Positions 38,191 through 48,675 of a DNA stretch of 64,000 bases are shown here, piece after piece. The position numbers were made by a program, and so were the translations under genes. Positions within the stretch are counted from its first letter, which is position 1, and every line of letters starts with the position of its first letter. The DNA comes from Cyclobacteriaceae bacterium (GTDB lineage: Bacteria; Bacteroidota; Bacteroidia; Cytophagales; Cyclobacteriaceae). The stretch lies in NCBI GenBank assembly GCA_947458585.1, contig CANGYY010000003.1:17363-81362 (forward strand), read 5' to 3'. The notes under the pieces were generated by a model. It made no database searches and was not told the DNA's origin. It was given only the letters and a program-made list of their open reading frames with translations.

Positions 38191-39450
38191 TCAAATCTGC
38201 TTTTTCAGAAAGAATCGAAAGCGAAATTCTTCAAAAGCAGGGGAACCGGGTTGGGAGTAGCGCCGTACCTCCAACTGGACCTCTTTCCCCTCTTCGGAGC
38301 GAAGCAATTTCACCAACTGGTCCATCTCCCAAAGTACAATAGGCACCGAATTAATGGCCATGATTTCATCAAAAGGCAAAATGCCTGCTAGCTGTGCAGG
38401 GGAGCCTTCGCGTACATCCCCTACATACCAGCGCTTCTCTGGGGTCAATAGTTTTTTGACCACCAAGCCACTCATGTCAAATTCAAAGGGCTGGTAAAAG
38501 GCGGCGCTTCGCCGCACAAAGATTTCATTTCTCGGATAGTCCAAAATCACCGTCATTCGCCCCAAAACCTCTGCTCCCAAACTTCCCATCCGCCCACTTT
38601 CCTTGATTCGGGTACTGGCAAAGCTTTCCTCAGGAAAGGAGGTCAGGACCTGTGTAAACTGCAAGCCTCGGATAGACAGCCCCGCCACACGTCCAATAGA
38701 CCCATACAGCACCCCGCCCAAGGACTGCCCCAATTGCGTTTCTATGTGCTTTTCTGGAAGCTGAATTTCAGGTAATGTTTCTCGATTCAACAGCAACCCA
38801 TGGTTGGCTCCGGTATCCACCAGCACCTTTCCCCTGAGCTTGGGTCCTTCCTTCTGCCGGACTTTCACTTCGAGATAGGCCTTCCCTTCCTCGAGTGTCA
38901 AGCTCCCTTTTCGATAAAATGGGGACTTGAAGGCCAATGCGCTCGGAGCATAAAAAGTCAATACAGACTGCTCGTAGTCGATTTTTACGGCGTTGTATTT
39001 GAAAAATTCATGTCCCAAAATCCCATAGACAGGAATGCCAATCACCGACTCCAGTTCCAGAAAATCTTCCTCCAATACCAACAAGCTCTGAAGTGTGCCC
39101 TCCACCTCCCCCAGATCCAAGGTATTGATCGGAGAGACCTGTGCCCATACCGTGGTGCTGCCATCTGCGCCGACCATCCCTACTCTGCGAGTGTAGGACA
39201 AACCCAAAGAATCCCCCATGGATTTACTAAACAGCAGATTGGCCCGTACCCCGGTATCCACTAAGAAATACAGCGGAGGGCTTCCATTGATGGAGACTGG
39301 CAGCAAAATGAGGCTATTGGACGACAAAAAAGGCAACTTCACCTTTTTTTGATCGCCGACCACAAAAAATCCAGGAACCTGCGCCCGAAGGGTCAGCCCC
39401 AACAAAAAAATAACACCAAACAAGAGGGCTCTAAGCATCATCCACTTCAC
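38191..39450 (-). CDS. Exported twin aspartyl-protease-domain protein with C-terminal PDZ
   Basis: Two DTG motifs (FLVDTG, VLVDTG); GSPAQLAGI PDZ motif. Confidence 0.88.
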   Translation of the reverse strand: MKWMMLRALLFGVIFLLGLTLRAQVPGFFVVGDQKKVKLPFLSSNSLILLPVSINGSPPLYFLVDTGVRANLLFSKSMGDSLGLSYTRRVGMVGADGSTTVWAQVSPINTLDLGEVEGTLQSLLVLEEDFLELESVIGIPVYGILGHEFFKYNAVKIDYEQSVLTFYAPSALAFKSPFYRKGSLTLEEGKAYLEVKVRQKEGPKLRGKVLVDTGANHGLLLNRETLPEIQLPEKHIETQLGQSLGGVLYGSIGRVAGLSIRGLQFTQVLTSFPEESFASTRIKESGRMGSLGAEVLGRMTVILDYPRNEIFVRRSAAFYQPFEFDMSGLVVKKLLTPEKRWYVGDVREGSPAQLAGILPFDEIMAINSVPIVLWEMDQLVKLLRSEEGKEVQLEVRRYSQPGSPAFEEFRFRFFLKKQI

Positions 39451-39588
39451 ATTTCAATTCCATTAAGTTACGGAGTTTTTAAACCTAGGTTCAAACAATT
39501 TTTTGAGAATTCTCCCTGGAAGAACTATTGGCTTTCCTTGCCAAAGCCTGAAGAAAAGTGGACCTTTAGCATTCAACCCCTCAAAAAG

Positions 39589-40068
39589 ATGGCCGATACC
39601 GCCTTAATTGAAAAAGCGAAGAAGATTTTTGAAAACTTTCTCCTTCGGCAAGGAAGTAGAAAAACCCCCGAGCGGTATTCCGTACTGGATGAACTCTACC
39701 TCCTTCCCGAGGACGAACACATCGATGTGGAGGGACTTTTTCTGAAAATGAGAAACAAAGGCTACACGATCAGCCGCGCTACCATTTACAATACCTTGGA
39801 CTTACTGGTGGAAAGTGGACTAGCCGTCAAGCACCAATTTAAAGACAAGGTGGCCCTCTACGAGCAAGCGCTGACCTATACCCACCACGATCACCACGTC
39901 TGCAACCAGTGTCGGAAAATTCGTGAGTTTTCAGATCCCCGCCTAACGGAAATCAAGGATAGCATGAGCAAGGAATTTAGCTCCACCATGACCAGCCACT
40001 CCTTGGTACTCTATGGAGATTGCCAAATCAAAAATTGCACCCACCTATTGACCGCTACTTCTTTTTAA
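39589..40068 (+). CDS. Fur-family transcriptional regulator
   Basis: TPER, ISRATIYNTL, HHDHHVCNQC and C-terminal CxxxxC motifs; ATG at 39589. Confidence 0.9.
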   Translation: MADTALIEKAKKIFENFLLRQGSRKTPERYSVLDELYLLPEDEHIDVEGLFLKMRNKGYTISRATIYNTLDLLVESGLAVKHQFKDKVALYEQALTYTHHDHHVCNQCRKIREFSDPRLTEIKDSMSKEFSSTMTSHSLVLYGDCQIKNCTHLLTATSF

Positions 40069-40495
40069 AAATCCGGCGGTAGATCGGCTTTCGATACCAA
40101 AATTGAACCCAAAGAACTGGATACAACAGTGGGGTCATCCAGGAAAAGGCTCCCTCAAACTCAATTTCATCTGAAATAATACTTCCACTAGGCTGCGCCA
40201 AAATGCGGTGGCTATGCCTCCACTTCCCCAAAAAAAATGGAAGTACGATGCCCTCGTCCACAAAGCGAAACTCCTGTGCATCACAGTGATCTTCGGTGAT
40301 TTTACTGGTCCATTTTTGCTTGAAAAAAATGAAATTCAACTCCAAGTCTACGGTATCTCCGGTCTTGCAGCCATCAAAACGCAGCACCTTTACGGGAGGA
40401 AAGGGAGGAGCTAACTTGGCAAATAAGGATTCGGTAAACCCTTCCTTCACTTCCAAGTAAGCACTAGCAACGGCGGTTTGAAGATGGAGACGCAT
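40055..40495 (-). CDS. SRPBCC-family ligand-binding protein
   Basis: FVDEG..LPFF..WRHSH...DEI motif; ATG overlaps the upstream stop. Confidence 0.8.
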   Translation of the reverse strand: MRLHLQTAVASAYLEVKEGFTESLFAKLAPPFPPVKVLRFDGCKTGDTVDLELNFIFFKQKWTSKITEDHCDAQEFRFVDEGIVLPFFLGKWRHSHRILAQPSGSIISDEIEFEGAFSWMTPLLYPVLWVQFWYRKPIYRRIFKKK

Positions 40496-41109
40496 CAGAA
40501 GCTGAGAACAAAGAGAAGAAACAAAATAAGCCATACCGCATCCATAAACTGCCAGTACACGGTAAACAGGCGAATGCGCAATTTTTCATAGGGATTCGTC
40601 ATCCATACCAGTTTAAGCACCATATCCTGCTCTATTTTTCGAAGTTGCAGGAGCAAAATCACCGCAAAAGACATGGCCCCAATCAAGTGTACCACATGGA
40701 TTCCTGAAAGGACGTAGAGAAAAGATCCGCTTGGGACACCCGTAAAATTGATGCCCTTGTTGGCAAGCTCCATCCAACCCAAGACTTGAAACACGGTAAA
40801 AAGGATACCCAACACAAAGGTAGCCTTCAAGGAACGATGCAGCTTGGCGCTATTTTCTTCCTGGTAATGGATCCGCATTTTCACGGAAGTATAACCAGAA
40901 AGCACCAAGAGAAAGGTAGAAACCAAAAAGGCCAGCGGCATCTGTTCGTTGAGACCTTGAAGGTACTCCCTTCCAGAAGATAGAAATGCCAACGCCAGAA
41001 ACAAAAAGATAATCCCACTCCCGAGCATGCCGAGATAAAGTAGCGTTTCATAGGGATGGAGTTTCTCTATCTTTTGGAACCAGGTTTTTGGAGGGGCCGC
41101 TCGTCTCAT
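40495..41109 (-). CDS. Stand-alone cytochrome c oxidase subunit III-family protein
   Basis: STFLLVLSG, QVLGW, FLYVLSGIHVVHLIG and YWQFMDAVW motifs. Confidence 0.85.
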   Translation of the reverse strand: MRRAAPPKTWFQKIEKLHPYETLLYLGMLGSGIIFLFLALAFLSSGREYLQGLNEQMPLAFLVSTFLLVLSGYTSVKMRIHYQEENSAKLHRSLKATFVLGILFTVFQVLGWMELANKGINFTGVPSGSFLYVLSGIHVVHLIGAMSFAVILLLQLRKIEQDMVLKLVWMTNPYEKLRIRLFTVYWQFMDAVWLILFLLFVLSF

Positions 41110-41191
41110 CGATTCAAAAACATTTTGAAGGGCTCTTAGTTCAAAAAATGTCAATTTTGGTTTCAAATCCTCAGAATAGGGCAAAAAAACC

Positions 41192-41199
41192 TAGATTTG
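41192..41199 (+). promoter_or_regulatory. -7 promoter element for mfd
   Basis: TAGATTTG matches TAnnTTTG. Confidence 0.55.
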
Positions 41200-41229
41200 C
41201 TGCCTTCCATCTCTTAAACCAAGCCCTTT

Positions 41230-44200
41230 GTGGATAGACCTTCTTTTCTCTCCATTTACCAGTCGGACCCCATTTTTCAAACCCTCGCCCACCAGTTAAG
41301 TGAGGAATCTCCTTTCCGGCTCCAAGTAAAAGGCCTTTCGGGGAGCTTAGACATGGTCCTACTTGCAGCCTATTTTGAAAAGCAAGGTGGATTTCACCTC
41401 ATCATCGCCCAAGACAAAGAAGAAGCTGCCTACCTCAATTCGGACCTTCAGAATTTATTGGGCACTCAAGGGCAAGGGATTTTTCCCAGCAGCTACAAGC
41501 GCCCCTACCAGTACGAAGAAATTGACAATGCCAATGTCCTGCAACGAGCAGAGCTCCTCAACCAGCTTATAGAAACCAAGGGCAGTGCACGCATTGTCAT
41601 CACTTACCCCGAAGCACTTTACGAAAAGGTGGTCAACAAGCGTTCGCTTGTCGAAAACACCTTTATTGCTCGAGTGGGCGAGGCCGTGGACCTAGAGTTT
41701 GTTACGGAAATTCTGACCTCCTATGACTTTGAGCGAACGGACTTCGTTTACGAACCAGGCCAATTTGCCATTCGAGGAGGAATTTTGGATGTCTTTTCCT
41801 TTAGCAACGAGTTCCCCTACCGACTGGAATTGTTTGGAAAAGAAATTGAAAGTATCCGCACCTTCGATCCCGAAACCCAGCTTTCTCTACAGCCGGTAGA
41901 CTTTATTTCGCTGATCCCCAATGTGCAAACTCGCCTCCTGCAAGAGGTGCGGCAGTCCTTTTTAACTTTTTTGCCCGAGAATGCCCTCCTCTGGATCAAG
42001 GACTTCCAGCTCACACTCGATGTGATGGACGAATGTTACCAAAAAGCCGTGCAAGCTTTTGCGCAGCTGTCGGGAGGAAGTAAATCGGGAGCACTTGTCC
42101 TACAGCCCGAACAGGTTTTTGAACAAGGAGCCCAGTTTAACGAGGCCGCAAAAAAGTTTTCTGTAGTGGAGTTCGGTAGGCAATTCTATTTGAAAAATGC
42201 CACAAAGGTCAGCTGGGAAAGTCAGCCTCAGCCTTCCTTCAACAAGAATTTTGACCTGCTCGTGGCCAACTTGGGAGATAACGAAAAAGCGGGCTACCTC
42301 AACTTAATCACGGCAGAAAACGAGAAGCAGATCGACCGATTACAGGGAATTTTCCAGGAGTTGGACCCCACCTTGCAGGTTCAAAGCATGTTGCTCAGCC
42401 TCCGAGAGGGCTTTGTGGACAAGCAGGCCAAACTCGTCTGCTACACCGATCACCAGCTATTTGAGCGCTTTCACCGCTACAAATCCAAGAGCAAGTCTAC
42501 CGCCTCCAAGGCGCTTACCCTGAAAGAAATCAAGGCCCTCCATCCCGGAGATTATGTAGTCCATGTGGACTATGGGGTGGGCCGTTTTGCAGGGCTTGAA
42601 AAAGTGGATGTCAGCGGCAAAATGCAGGAAGCCGTTCGCCTGATTTTTCGGGACGACGACCTCCTCTACGTCAACATCCACTCGCTACACAAGATTTCGA
42701 AGTATTCCGGACAGGAAGGGCAAGCTCCCTCCATGTCCAAGTTGGGCTCCCCAGACTGGGATAATAAAAAAGCGCGGGTCAAAAAGCAGGTCAAAGACAT
42801 TGCCAAGGACCTCATTGCACTTTATGCCAAGCGCAGGTCTGCACCTGGATTTGCCTTTTCACGTGATTCCGTACTTCAAGTGGAGCTGGAATCCTCCTTC
42901 TTCTACGAAGACACCCCAGACCAAGCGGCTGCCACTGCCGATGTGAAGGCCGATATGGAAAAAACCTATCCCATGGACCGACTGGTGTGTGGGGATGTGG
43001 GCTTTGGAAAAACTGAGGTAGCCATCCGTGCTGCCTTCAAAGCCGTCAACGACCGAAAGCAGGTCGCTATCCTGGTACCCACCACCATCTTGGCGATGCA
43101 GCATTACCAAACTTTGTCTGAACGGCTTGAAAATTTTCCCGTCAAAGTGGACTACCTGAACCGATTCCGATCGGCCAAGGATATCAAAGCCATCAAGGAA
43201 CAGGTGGCTACTGGGGAAATTGACATCCTGATTGGTACCCATAAAATTGTCGGCAAAGACATCGAGTTCAAGGACCTAGGCTTACTCATCATTGACGAGG
43301 AACAAAAGTTTGGCGTCAAGGTGAAGGACCAATTGAAAAACCTGCGGGTCAATGTGGACGTGCTCACGCTGACGGCCACTCCGATTCCACGCACGCTCCA
43401 TTTTTCCTTGATGGGAGCACGCGACCTTTCGGTCATCGCCACTCCTCCGCCCAACAGGCAGCCAGTAACTACGGAGGTACAGACCTTCGAAGAAGAAGTG
43501 ATCCGAGATGCAGTGTCCTACGAGCTTAGACGCGGGGGACAGGTGTTTTTTGTGCACAACCGCGTTGGAGAAATCGACAGCATCGCCAACCTCATCTTGA
43601 AATTGGTGCCAGACGCCCGCGTCATCGGTGCCCATGGGCAGATGGATGGAGACAAATTGGAAAAAATTATGGTGGACTTCATCAACCACCAATACGATGT
43701 CTTGGTCTCTACCAACATCATTGAATCGGGCTTGGACATTCCGAATGCAAACACCATTTTGATCAACCGAGCACATATGTTTGGCCTTTCCGACCTCCAC
43801 CAAATGCGTGGCCGAGTAGGGCGGAGCAACAAAAAAGCCTTTTGCTACCTGCTCACCAGCCCCCTGTCGGGACTTACAGCTGAGGCGCGAAAGCGCCTCC
43901 AGACTCTAGAGGAATTTTCAGACCTAGGAGATGGCTTCAAGGTGGCCATGAAAGATCTGGATATCCGAGGGGCTGGCAACCTGTTGGGCGCGGAGCAAAG
44001 TGGTTTCATCACCGACCTGGGATTTGAAATGTACCACAAGATCTTGGACGAGGCAGTGCAGGAACTGAAGGAAAATGAGTTTGCGGCCTTGTTTGAAGAG
44101 GACCTCAAGGAAAAGGTGGCGGTGCTGGTACAAGATTGCACGATAGAAACTGACCTAGAACTGCTCATTCCAGAGAGCTATGTCAGCAACATCAGCGAAC

Positions 44201-44583
44201 GTTTGGGACTGTATTCCAAGTTGGACGGTCTCGAAAAAGAAGAGGAGCTGGACAAGTTTGGGCAAATGTTACAAGATCGATTTGGTCCACTTCCAAAGGC
44301 AGTGCAAGACCTGATGGAAACCGTGCGATTGCGCTGGCAGGCTGAGGAATTGGGGATCGAAAAATTGGTTTTGAAAGGGTCTCAAATGAAATGTTACCTG
44401 CTCCCTTCTAGCAAAGAGACCTATTACAGTTCGGCTATTTTTGGTAGCATTATGAAATTTGTTCAAATACATCCCAAGTCTTGTAAAATAAAAGAACATA
44501 AAAATCGTTTGATTCTCAGTGTCGACCAGGTCCTCAACATACAAAAGGCACAGCATTTGCTTAAGGAAATGAAAACTTCTTAA
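41230..44583 (+). CDS. mfd: Transcription-repair coupling factor
   Basis: RGGILDVF, CarD/RID domain, GDVGFGKTE, DEEQKFGV, TATPIPR and QMRGRVGR motifs. Confidence 0.97.
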   Translation: MDRPSFLSIYQSDPIFQTLAHQLSEESPFRLQVKGLSGSLDMVLLAAYFEKQGGFHLIIAQDKEEAAYLNSDLQNLLGTQGQGIFPSSYKRPYQYEEIDNANVLQRAELLNQLIETKGSARIVITYPEALYEKVVNKRSLVENTFIARVGEAVDLEFVTEILTSYDFERTDFVYEPGQFAIRGGILDVFSFSNEFPYRLELFGKEIESIRTFDPETQLSLQPVDFISLIPNVQTRLLQEVRQSFLTFLPENALLWIKDFQLTLDVMDECYQKAVQAFAQLSGGSKSGALVLQPEQVFEQGAQFNEAAKKFSVVEFGRQFYLKNATKVSWESQPQPSFNKNFDLLVANLGDNEKAGYLNLITAENEKQIDRLQGIFQELDPTLQVQSMLLSLREGFVDKQAKLVCYTDHQLFERFHRYKSKSKSTASKALTLKEIKALHPGDYVVHVDYGVGRFAGLEKVDVSGKMQEAVRLIFRDDDLLYVNIHSLHKISKYSGQEGQAPSMSKLGSPDWDNKKARVKKQVKDIAKDLIALYAKRRSAPGFAFSRDSVLQVELESSFFYEDTPDQAAATADVKADMEKTYPMDRLVCGDVGFGKTEVAIRAAFKAVNDRKQVAILVPTTILAMQHYQTLSERLENFPVKVDYLNRFRSAKDIKAIKEQVATGEIDILIGTHKIVGKDIEFKDLGLLIIDEEQKFGVKVKDQLKNLRVNVDVLTLTATPIPRTLHFSLMGARDLSVIATPPPNRQPVTTEVQTFEEEVIRDAVSYELRRGGQVFFVHNRVGEIDSIANLILKLVPDARVIGAHGQMDGDKLEKIMVDFINHQYDVLVSTNIIESGLDIPNANTILINRAHMFGLSDLHQMRGRVGRSNKKAFCYLLTSPLSGLTAEARKRLQTLEEFSDLGDGFKVAMKDLDIRGAGNLLGAEQSGFITDLGFEMYHKILDEAVQELKENEFAALFEEDLKEKVAVLVQDCTIETDLELLIPESYVSNISERLGLYSKLDGLEKEEELDKFGQMLQDRFGPLPKAVQDLMETVRLRWQAEELGIEKLVLKGSQMKCYLLPSSKETYYSSAIFGSIMKFVQIHPKSCKIKEHKNRLILSVDQVLNIQKAQHLLKEMKTS

Positions 44584-44853
44584 AATGTGGCTTTTGGAGC
44601 ACAAAAAATGGGTTTGGAAGAATTTAAACCCACATGTGCCCAAGCGCAGTTGAGGAGAATTTGGAAGTACACCGACGTAAAGGGAGTTCCCTTTAGTAAA
44701 ATATCCTACTTTTGTGGGCGCTTCTGTAAAAATTTGGAGTTTTCTCCATATTCAATAGAGGCCCATAAAATAGAACAAATTTAAACCGGCTTTGGTGCGA
44801 TCCCCTAAGCCCTTGTATATTAGCAACAGAAATAGACCAAACACATTTCACCT

Positions 44854-46080
44854 ATGCGTCTACCCAATACTTGGAGGAGCTGGGCCATCGCCCTGACACT
44901 TGTGACAGCCACAGTTTTGTCCTCTTGCCAAAAAAATAACACCTATGGCAGAAGAACTGCGGGTGCTCCCGGAAACCGTAGCGCCACTACAGGTGCGGAC
45001 TTTTCCTTTGATGCGGACGATTCCACCCAGTTTTTTGTAGCCAAAAAAGCAGAGCAGATTCCTGGACCTAACTTAAAATTGATTCAAGGTGGCCGTGCCA
45101 TTCTGGGTTCCCAGGAAGAAGACGTCATGGCTTTCCGAGACAATTTGGAGCGTACCGTTTCCATTTCCACCTTCTGGATGGACGAAACGGAGATGACCAA
45201 TAACGACTACAAGGAATTTTTATTCGCGATGAAGAAAAAGGTAAATGGGGATTCCTTGAAAAAATTAGAGCCTTCTGAGAAAGTTTGGAGAGGCGCCATG
45301 ACCTTCAACGACGTCTATGAGTCCTACTACTTTAGATTCCCAGGATTTAATTTTTACCCAGTAGCAGGGGTATCTTGGTCTCAGGCCAATGCCTATGCAA
45401 AATGGAGAACCGAATACGTACAAAAAATTGAAGTGGAGCGTCAAGGTTTGGATTCTGCCCTTACCCGTTCTCAATTGATCGAACGAGGGGTTGTGATTGC
45501 TGAATTTAGACTTCCTACCGAATCTGAGTGGGAATATGCGGCCAAAGCGATGATTGGAACCCAGTACTTGGATGAAAATCAGGAATACGGACGAATCTAT
45601 CCTTGGGATGGCCGTGGTGTACGTAATCCTTACGATGGCCGTGGCAAAAAAGGTGGCAATCAAGGTGATTTCTTAGCCAACTTTAAGCGTGGTAGAGGAG
45701 ATTATGCAGGTATTGCTGGAGATGAAACGAATGATGGGGAAATTTTACCCACAAACGTTTACGACATGGCGCCCAATGATTTTGGCTTGTATAACATGGC
45801 TGGAAACATGAATGAGTGGGTATATGATGTGTACCGTCCACTATCTTTCCAAGATGCTGACGACCTCAACCCATTGCGGAAAGATGGCGTTTACGATGAA
45901 AAAAATACCTACGGAACTTCCTTATTGAATGACTCCATCCGGGTTTACAAAGGAGGTTCTTGGAAAGATGTCACCTATTGGCTCGCTCCTGGAGCACGCC
46001 GCTTCATGCACCAAGACTCTTCCACCAATCACATTGGTTTCCGTTGCGCGATGGTATCCATCGGTGCAAAAGGAAAATAA
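44854..46080 (+). CDS. gldJ: Gliding-motility lipoprotein GldJ-like (SUMF1/FGE domain)
   Basis: Lipobox LSSC; DETEMTN, YPVAGVSW, RLPTESEWEYAA, ANFKRGRGDYAG and NDFGLYNMAGN motifs. Confidence 0.8.
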   Translation: MRLPNTWRSWAIALTLVTATVLSSCQKNNTYGRRTAGAPGNRSATTGADFSFDADDSTQFFVAKKAEQIPGPNLKLIQGGRAILGSQEEDVMAFRDNLERTVSISTFWMDETEMTNNDYKEFLFAMKKKVNGDSLKKLEPSEKVWRGAMTFNDVYESYYFRFPGFNFYPVAGVSWSQANAYAKWRTEYVQKIEVERQGLDSALTRSQLIERGVVIAEFRLPTESEWEYAAKAMIGTQYLDENQEYGRIYPWDGRGVRNPYDGRGKKGGNQGDFLANFKRGRGDYAGIAGDETNDGEILPTNVYDMAPNDFGLYNMAGNMNEWVYDVYRPLSFQDADDLNPLRKDGVYDEKNTYGTSLLNDSIRVYKGGSWKDVTYWLAPGARRFMHQDSSTNHIGFRCAMVSIGAKGK

Positions 46081-46098
46081 GAACTAAAGATCTGATTC

Positions 46099-46130
46099 AA
46101 AAGGCTCAACGGATGTTGAGCCTTTTTTTT
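46099..46130 (+). terminator. Terminator after gldJ
   Basis: aaaaggctcaac-ggat-gttgagcctttttttt. Confidence 0.9.
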
Positions 46131-46203
46131 GCTTTACGAGGTACCTCCATTTTTTGAAATCGGGATTTCTAGTACCTTGTCTCTCCCATTAAGTCAACCC
46201 CTT

Positions 46204-48618
46204 ATGAAAATAACCTACACCCGTTTCCTTTGGGTAGCGCTTGCCCTACTTATTGGACAGCCCTTGTTTGCACAAGGAACCTACCAAACTCCACCGGCTT
46301 CCATTTCGGAACTCTTCAATGCGCCAGCGACCCCTTCCGTGGCTTTCTCTCGAGATGGGTCGATCCTGTTGATTCAGGAGCGAAGCGAGGCCCCCAGCAT
46401 TGAAGACCTTGCACAGCCTGAACTTCGCATTGCAGGGATTCGAATAAATCCAAGCACCTCCGGCCCAAGCCGTACGGGTGGATTTACCAATTTGATCGTG
46501 AAAAAAACCGAGACCGGTGAGGAGATTCAAGTGAAAGGCCTACCTGCCAATCCCAAAATGAATGGCTTTACCTTTTCCTTGGACGAAGCCTACCTGGCCT
46601 TTACCCAAACCGAAGCGCAAGGAATCAGCCTTTGGGTAGTGGACATGCGTACCTATGAAGCAAAAAAACTCACCGAACCGATTCTCAACCAGGTGATGGG
46701 AACTTCGATGGCATGGCTATCCAATACTAGCCTAATCATCAAAGCCGTCAACCCTGCTCGAGGCGATATGCCCAAAGCACCACTCGCGCCTGTGGGACCC
46801 ATCATTCAGGAAACTTCCGGTAAAGCCGCCGCTAGCCGTACCTACCAAGATTTGCTTGCCAATCCACACGACGAAGCACTTTTCGCCTACTTTATGGATT
46901 CCCAGCTGATGCAGGTGGAGGTAACCGGGACCAAAAAGCCCCTGGGCAAACCCGGCATGATCAAGTCCATGGCTTTGAGCCCTGACAAAAATTACATCCT
47001 GGTAGAGACCATCCAAACTCCTTTTTCCTACCTCGTGCCTGCGGATAGATTTCCTTATACAGTACAAGTCTGGAACAATGGAGGTGAAGTCCTCAAAACC
47101 ATCGCCCAAATTGGGTTGGATGAAGTTCGTCCAAGTGGATTTGATGCCACAGTGAGCGGCATTCGCAATGTCAACTGGCGTGCAGATGTCCCGGCTACCT
47201 TGTATTGGGCAGAGGCTCAGGACAAGGGTGATCCTAAAGTAAAGGTGGCCGAGCGAGACCATGTGTACACCTTGATGGCGCCTTTCACTCAAGAAAAACA
47301 AAAGCTAGTAGGCACTCCACTCCGCTTTGGAGGCATCAGCTGGTCTGACGATACCTTTGCCTTATTGAGCGAACGCTGGTCCGCAAGCCGTACCGAAAAA
47401 GTATCCGTATTCCAACCTGGAACTCCAAGTCAAGCCCCTCGAACCATCATCGAGCGCTCCTCCGACGACCTATACAATGATCCAGGAAGCCCACTTTTCA
47501 CTGAGAATGCCTATGGTCGAAGAGTGCTTCTCCGCAAAGGGGATTTGATCTACATGACCTCGGAGGGAGGAAGTCCTGAAGGCAATATGCCTTTCCTCTC
47601 CACCTTCAACAGCAAGACCATGGAGCAGCAAATCCTTTGGAGATCCCAAGCTCCATTCTACGAGCGCGTCACCAAAGTCCTCAATGCGGATGCGAGTTCC
47701 TTCATCACAATCAAGGAAGGAACGGACACCCAGCCCAACTACTGGCTGCGTCATACCAAAAAGCGAATTGCTCCCAAGCAAATCACCGCCTTTGCGGATC
47801 CTTATCCAAGCCTAAAAGGCATCCAGAAGCAACTGGTGACCTATCCTCGAAAAGATGGCCTCAACCTTTCTGCCATCCTCTATACTCCGGCTGGATACTC
47901 CTCCGAAAAAGATGGCACACTACCGGTACTGATGTGGGCCTATCCCCGAGAGTACAAATCTGCGGCTGATGCCGCCCAGGTGAGAGGCTCCAAATACACC
48001 TTTACTCGCCTCAGTTGGGGTTCCCCAATCTACTGGGTGACTCGTGGCTATGCCATCATGGACCAAACCGAAATGCCTATCGTAGGTGAAGGCGAGCAGG
48101 AGCCTAACGATTTCTTTATCGAGCAGCTCGTAGCCAACGCGGAAGCAGCCATCGATAAGGTGGTGGATATGGGCATTGGCGACCGCAAGCGTATTGCAGT
48201 AGGCGGGCATTCCTATGGCGCATTCATGACCGCCAACCTCCTTTCCCACACCCAGCTTTTTGCCGCAGGCATCGCCAGAAGTGGAGCCTACAACCGTACC
48301 CTGACTCCCTTTGGGTTCCAGTACGAGCAGCGCAGCTACTGGGAAGCCCCTGAAGTGTATTTCAACATGTCTCCCTTCTCCTTTGCCCACCAAGTGAAGA
48401 CCCCAATCCTCCTCATCCATGGAGAGGCAGACAACAACTCGGGGACTTTCCCCATCCAATCCGAGCGCTACTACAACGCCCTCAAGGGACATGGCGCAAC
48501 GACGAGACTGGTGCTCCTCCCTCACGAAAGCCATGGCTATGCGGGCAAGGAATCCGTGCTACATACCCTTTGGGAAATGGACAGCTGGCTAGAAAAATAT
48601 GTGAAAAACAGGAAGTAA
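46204..48618 (+). CDS. S9-family (prolyl oligopeptidase-like) serine peptidase
   Basis: GHSYGA nucleophile, HGEADNN and ESHGY motifs; signal peptide from 46204. Confidence 0.92.
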   Translation: MKITYTRFLWVALALLIGQPLFAQGTYQTPPASISELFNAPATPSVAFSRDGSILLIQERSEAPSIEDLAQPELRIAGIRINPSTSGPSRTGGFTNLIVKKTETGEEIQVKGLPANPKMNGFTFSLDEAYLAFTQTEAQGISLWVVDMRTYEAKKLTEPILNQVMGTSMAWLSNTSLIIKAVNPARGDMPKAPLAPVGPIIQETSGKAAASRTYQDLLANPHDEALFAYFMDSQLMQVEVTGTKKPLGKPGMIKSMALSPDKNYILVETIQTPFSYLVPADRFPYTVQVWNNGGEVLKTIAQIGLDEVRPSGFDATVSGIRNVNWRADVPATLYWAEAQDKGDPKVKVAERDHVYTLMAPFTQEKQKLVGTPLRFGGISWSDDTFALLSERWSASRTEKVSVFQPGTPSQAPRTIIERSSDDLYNDPGSPLFTENAYGRRVLLRKGDLIYMTSEGGSPEGNMPFLSTFNSKTMEQQILWRSQAPFYERVTKVLNADASSFITIKEGTDTQPNYWLRHTKKRIAPKQITAFADPYPSLKGIQKQLVTYPRKDGLNLSAILYTPAGYSSEKDGTLPVLMWAYPREYKSAADAAQVRGSKYTFTRLSWGSPIYWVTRGYAIMDQTEMPIVGEGEQEPNDFFIEQLVANAEAAIDKVVDMGIGDRKRIAVGGHSYGAFMTANLLSHTQLFAAGIARSGAYNRTLTPFGFQYEQRSYWEAPEVYFNMSPFSFAHQVKTPILLIHGEADNNSGTFPIQSERYYNALKGHGATTRLVLLPHESHGYAGKESVLHTLWEMDSWLEKYVKNRK

Positions 48619-48675
48619 TTGGTGTATCCGCAACTAGGTATGTAGGTTAAAATTGGGTCACAAGTATGCGGATAC

